A stretch of 7,375 nucleotides of DNA from positions 1 through 7,375 of the forward strand of contig NW_021828892.1 in NCBI RefSeq assembly GCF_006345805.1. The letters run 5' to 3'. Under the pieces are notes generated by a model. It was not told the DNA's origin. It ran no database searches and saw only the letters and a program-made list of their open reading frames with translations. Source of the DNA: Octopus sinensis. Lineage: Eukaryota. Each line of letters begins with the position of its first letter. Positions within the stretch are counted from its first letter, which is position 1. Positions 6,919-7,375 of the stretch are shown here, piece by piece. Both the position numbers and the translations under genes were made by a program.

Positions 6919-7375
6919 GATGGTATAAGCACACACCAGAAAAGGTCACAGAAAACGAGAAAGCAACCATACTCTGGGATATGCCGATACACACAGATAG
7001 AGAAATTAAGGCCAACAGACCAGATATAGTTGTCAGAGATCATGAAGAAAAAAAAATGCGTTCTAATTGATGTATCAATACCGGCAGATGACAACGTGTC
7101 TCTAAAAGAAATGGAGAAACTCTCAAAATACAAAGACCTGGAAATAGAGGTAACTAGAATGTGGAACCTGAAAACAGAAACAATTCCTATCATAGTAGGT
7201 GCATTAGGCATGATAAAAAAATATTCAGACAAATACGTAACAAAAACACCATGACTTACAAACACATATAACATACAGAAAATTGCACTACTAGGCACTG
7301 CACACATCCTACGCAGAGCACTTTCCATACAATAACCATCAGAGCATCACAACAAATCACAGCACATACCCAAGG
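6914..7375 (+). mobile_element. 5'-truncated R4/Dong-clade element, family B (endonuclease C-terminus and start of 3' UTR, runs off the window)
   Basis: KRWYKHTPEKVTENEKATILWDMPIHTDREIKANRPDIVV...CVLIDVSIP...EKLSKYKDL...PIIVGALG...GTAHILRRALSIQ* (stop at 7333-7335). One frameshift in A9 (7048-7056) and one nonsense codon (cca tga at 7252-7254, where family A has PG). Confidence 0.92.

Noticed and set aside
6780-7070. Read-through from the family A 3' UTR via poly-Ile into the family B endonuclease
   Set aside because: Starts at GTG inside a UTR, two of three AAT frames are open by default, and the frame breaks at the A9 run.
3845-7328. Minus-strand ORFs 3845-4147, 4154-4459, 4762-5058, 4800-5003, 6019-6255, 6259-6552 and 6690-7328
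   Set aside because: Shadow ORFs antisense to the retrotransposon coding sequence, with no independent motifs.

Overview
AT-rich, repeat-dense eukaryotic DNA with no intact host gene. The SINE types and microsatellite load suggest an animal, most likely a cephalopod such as Octopus; this is inferred from recalled SINE consensus features, not from a search. The left third (1-2714) holds two related copies of a tRNA-derived SINE that share their upstream flank (a local duplication), a decayed SINE fragment, TA/TG/CA microsatellites and a CpG-retaining non-repeat stretch. The right two thirds (2715-7375) form a head-to-tail array built inside (AAT)n microsatellite: (AAT)n - short 3' fragment of an R4/Dong-clade non-LTR retrotransposon (family A) - (AAT)n - antisense SINE - (AAT)n - 3.1 kb 5'-truncated family A element (RT with YMDD, CCHC knuckle, restriction-like endonuclease) - (AAT)28 - 3' fragment of a second R4/Dong family (B, about 53% aa identity to A) running off the window. 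The long element's ORF is broken by nine frameshifts but has no nonsense codon, so part of its apparent decay may be assembly indel error.
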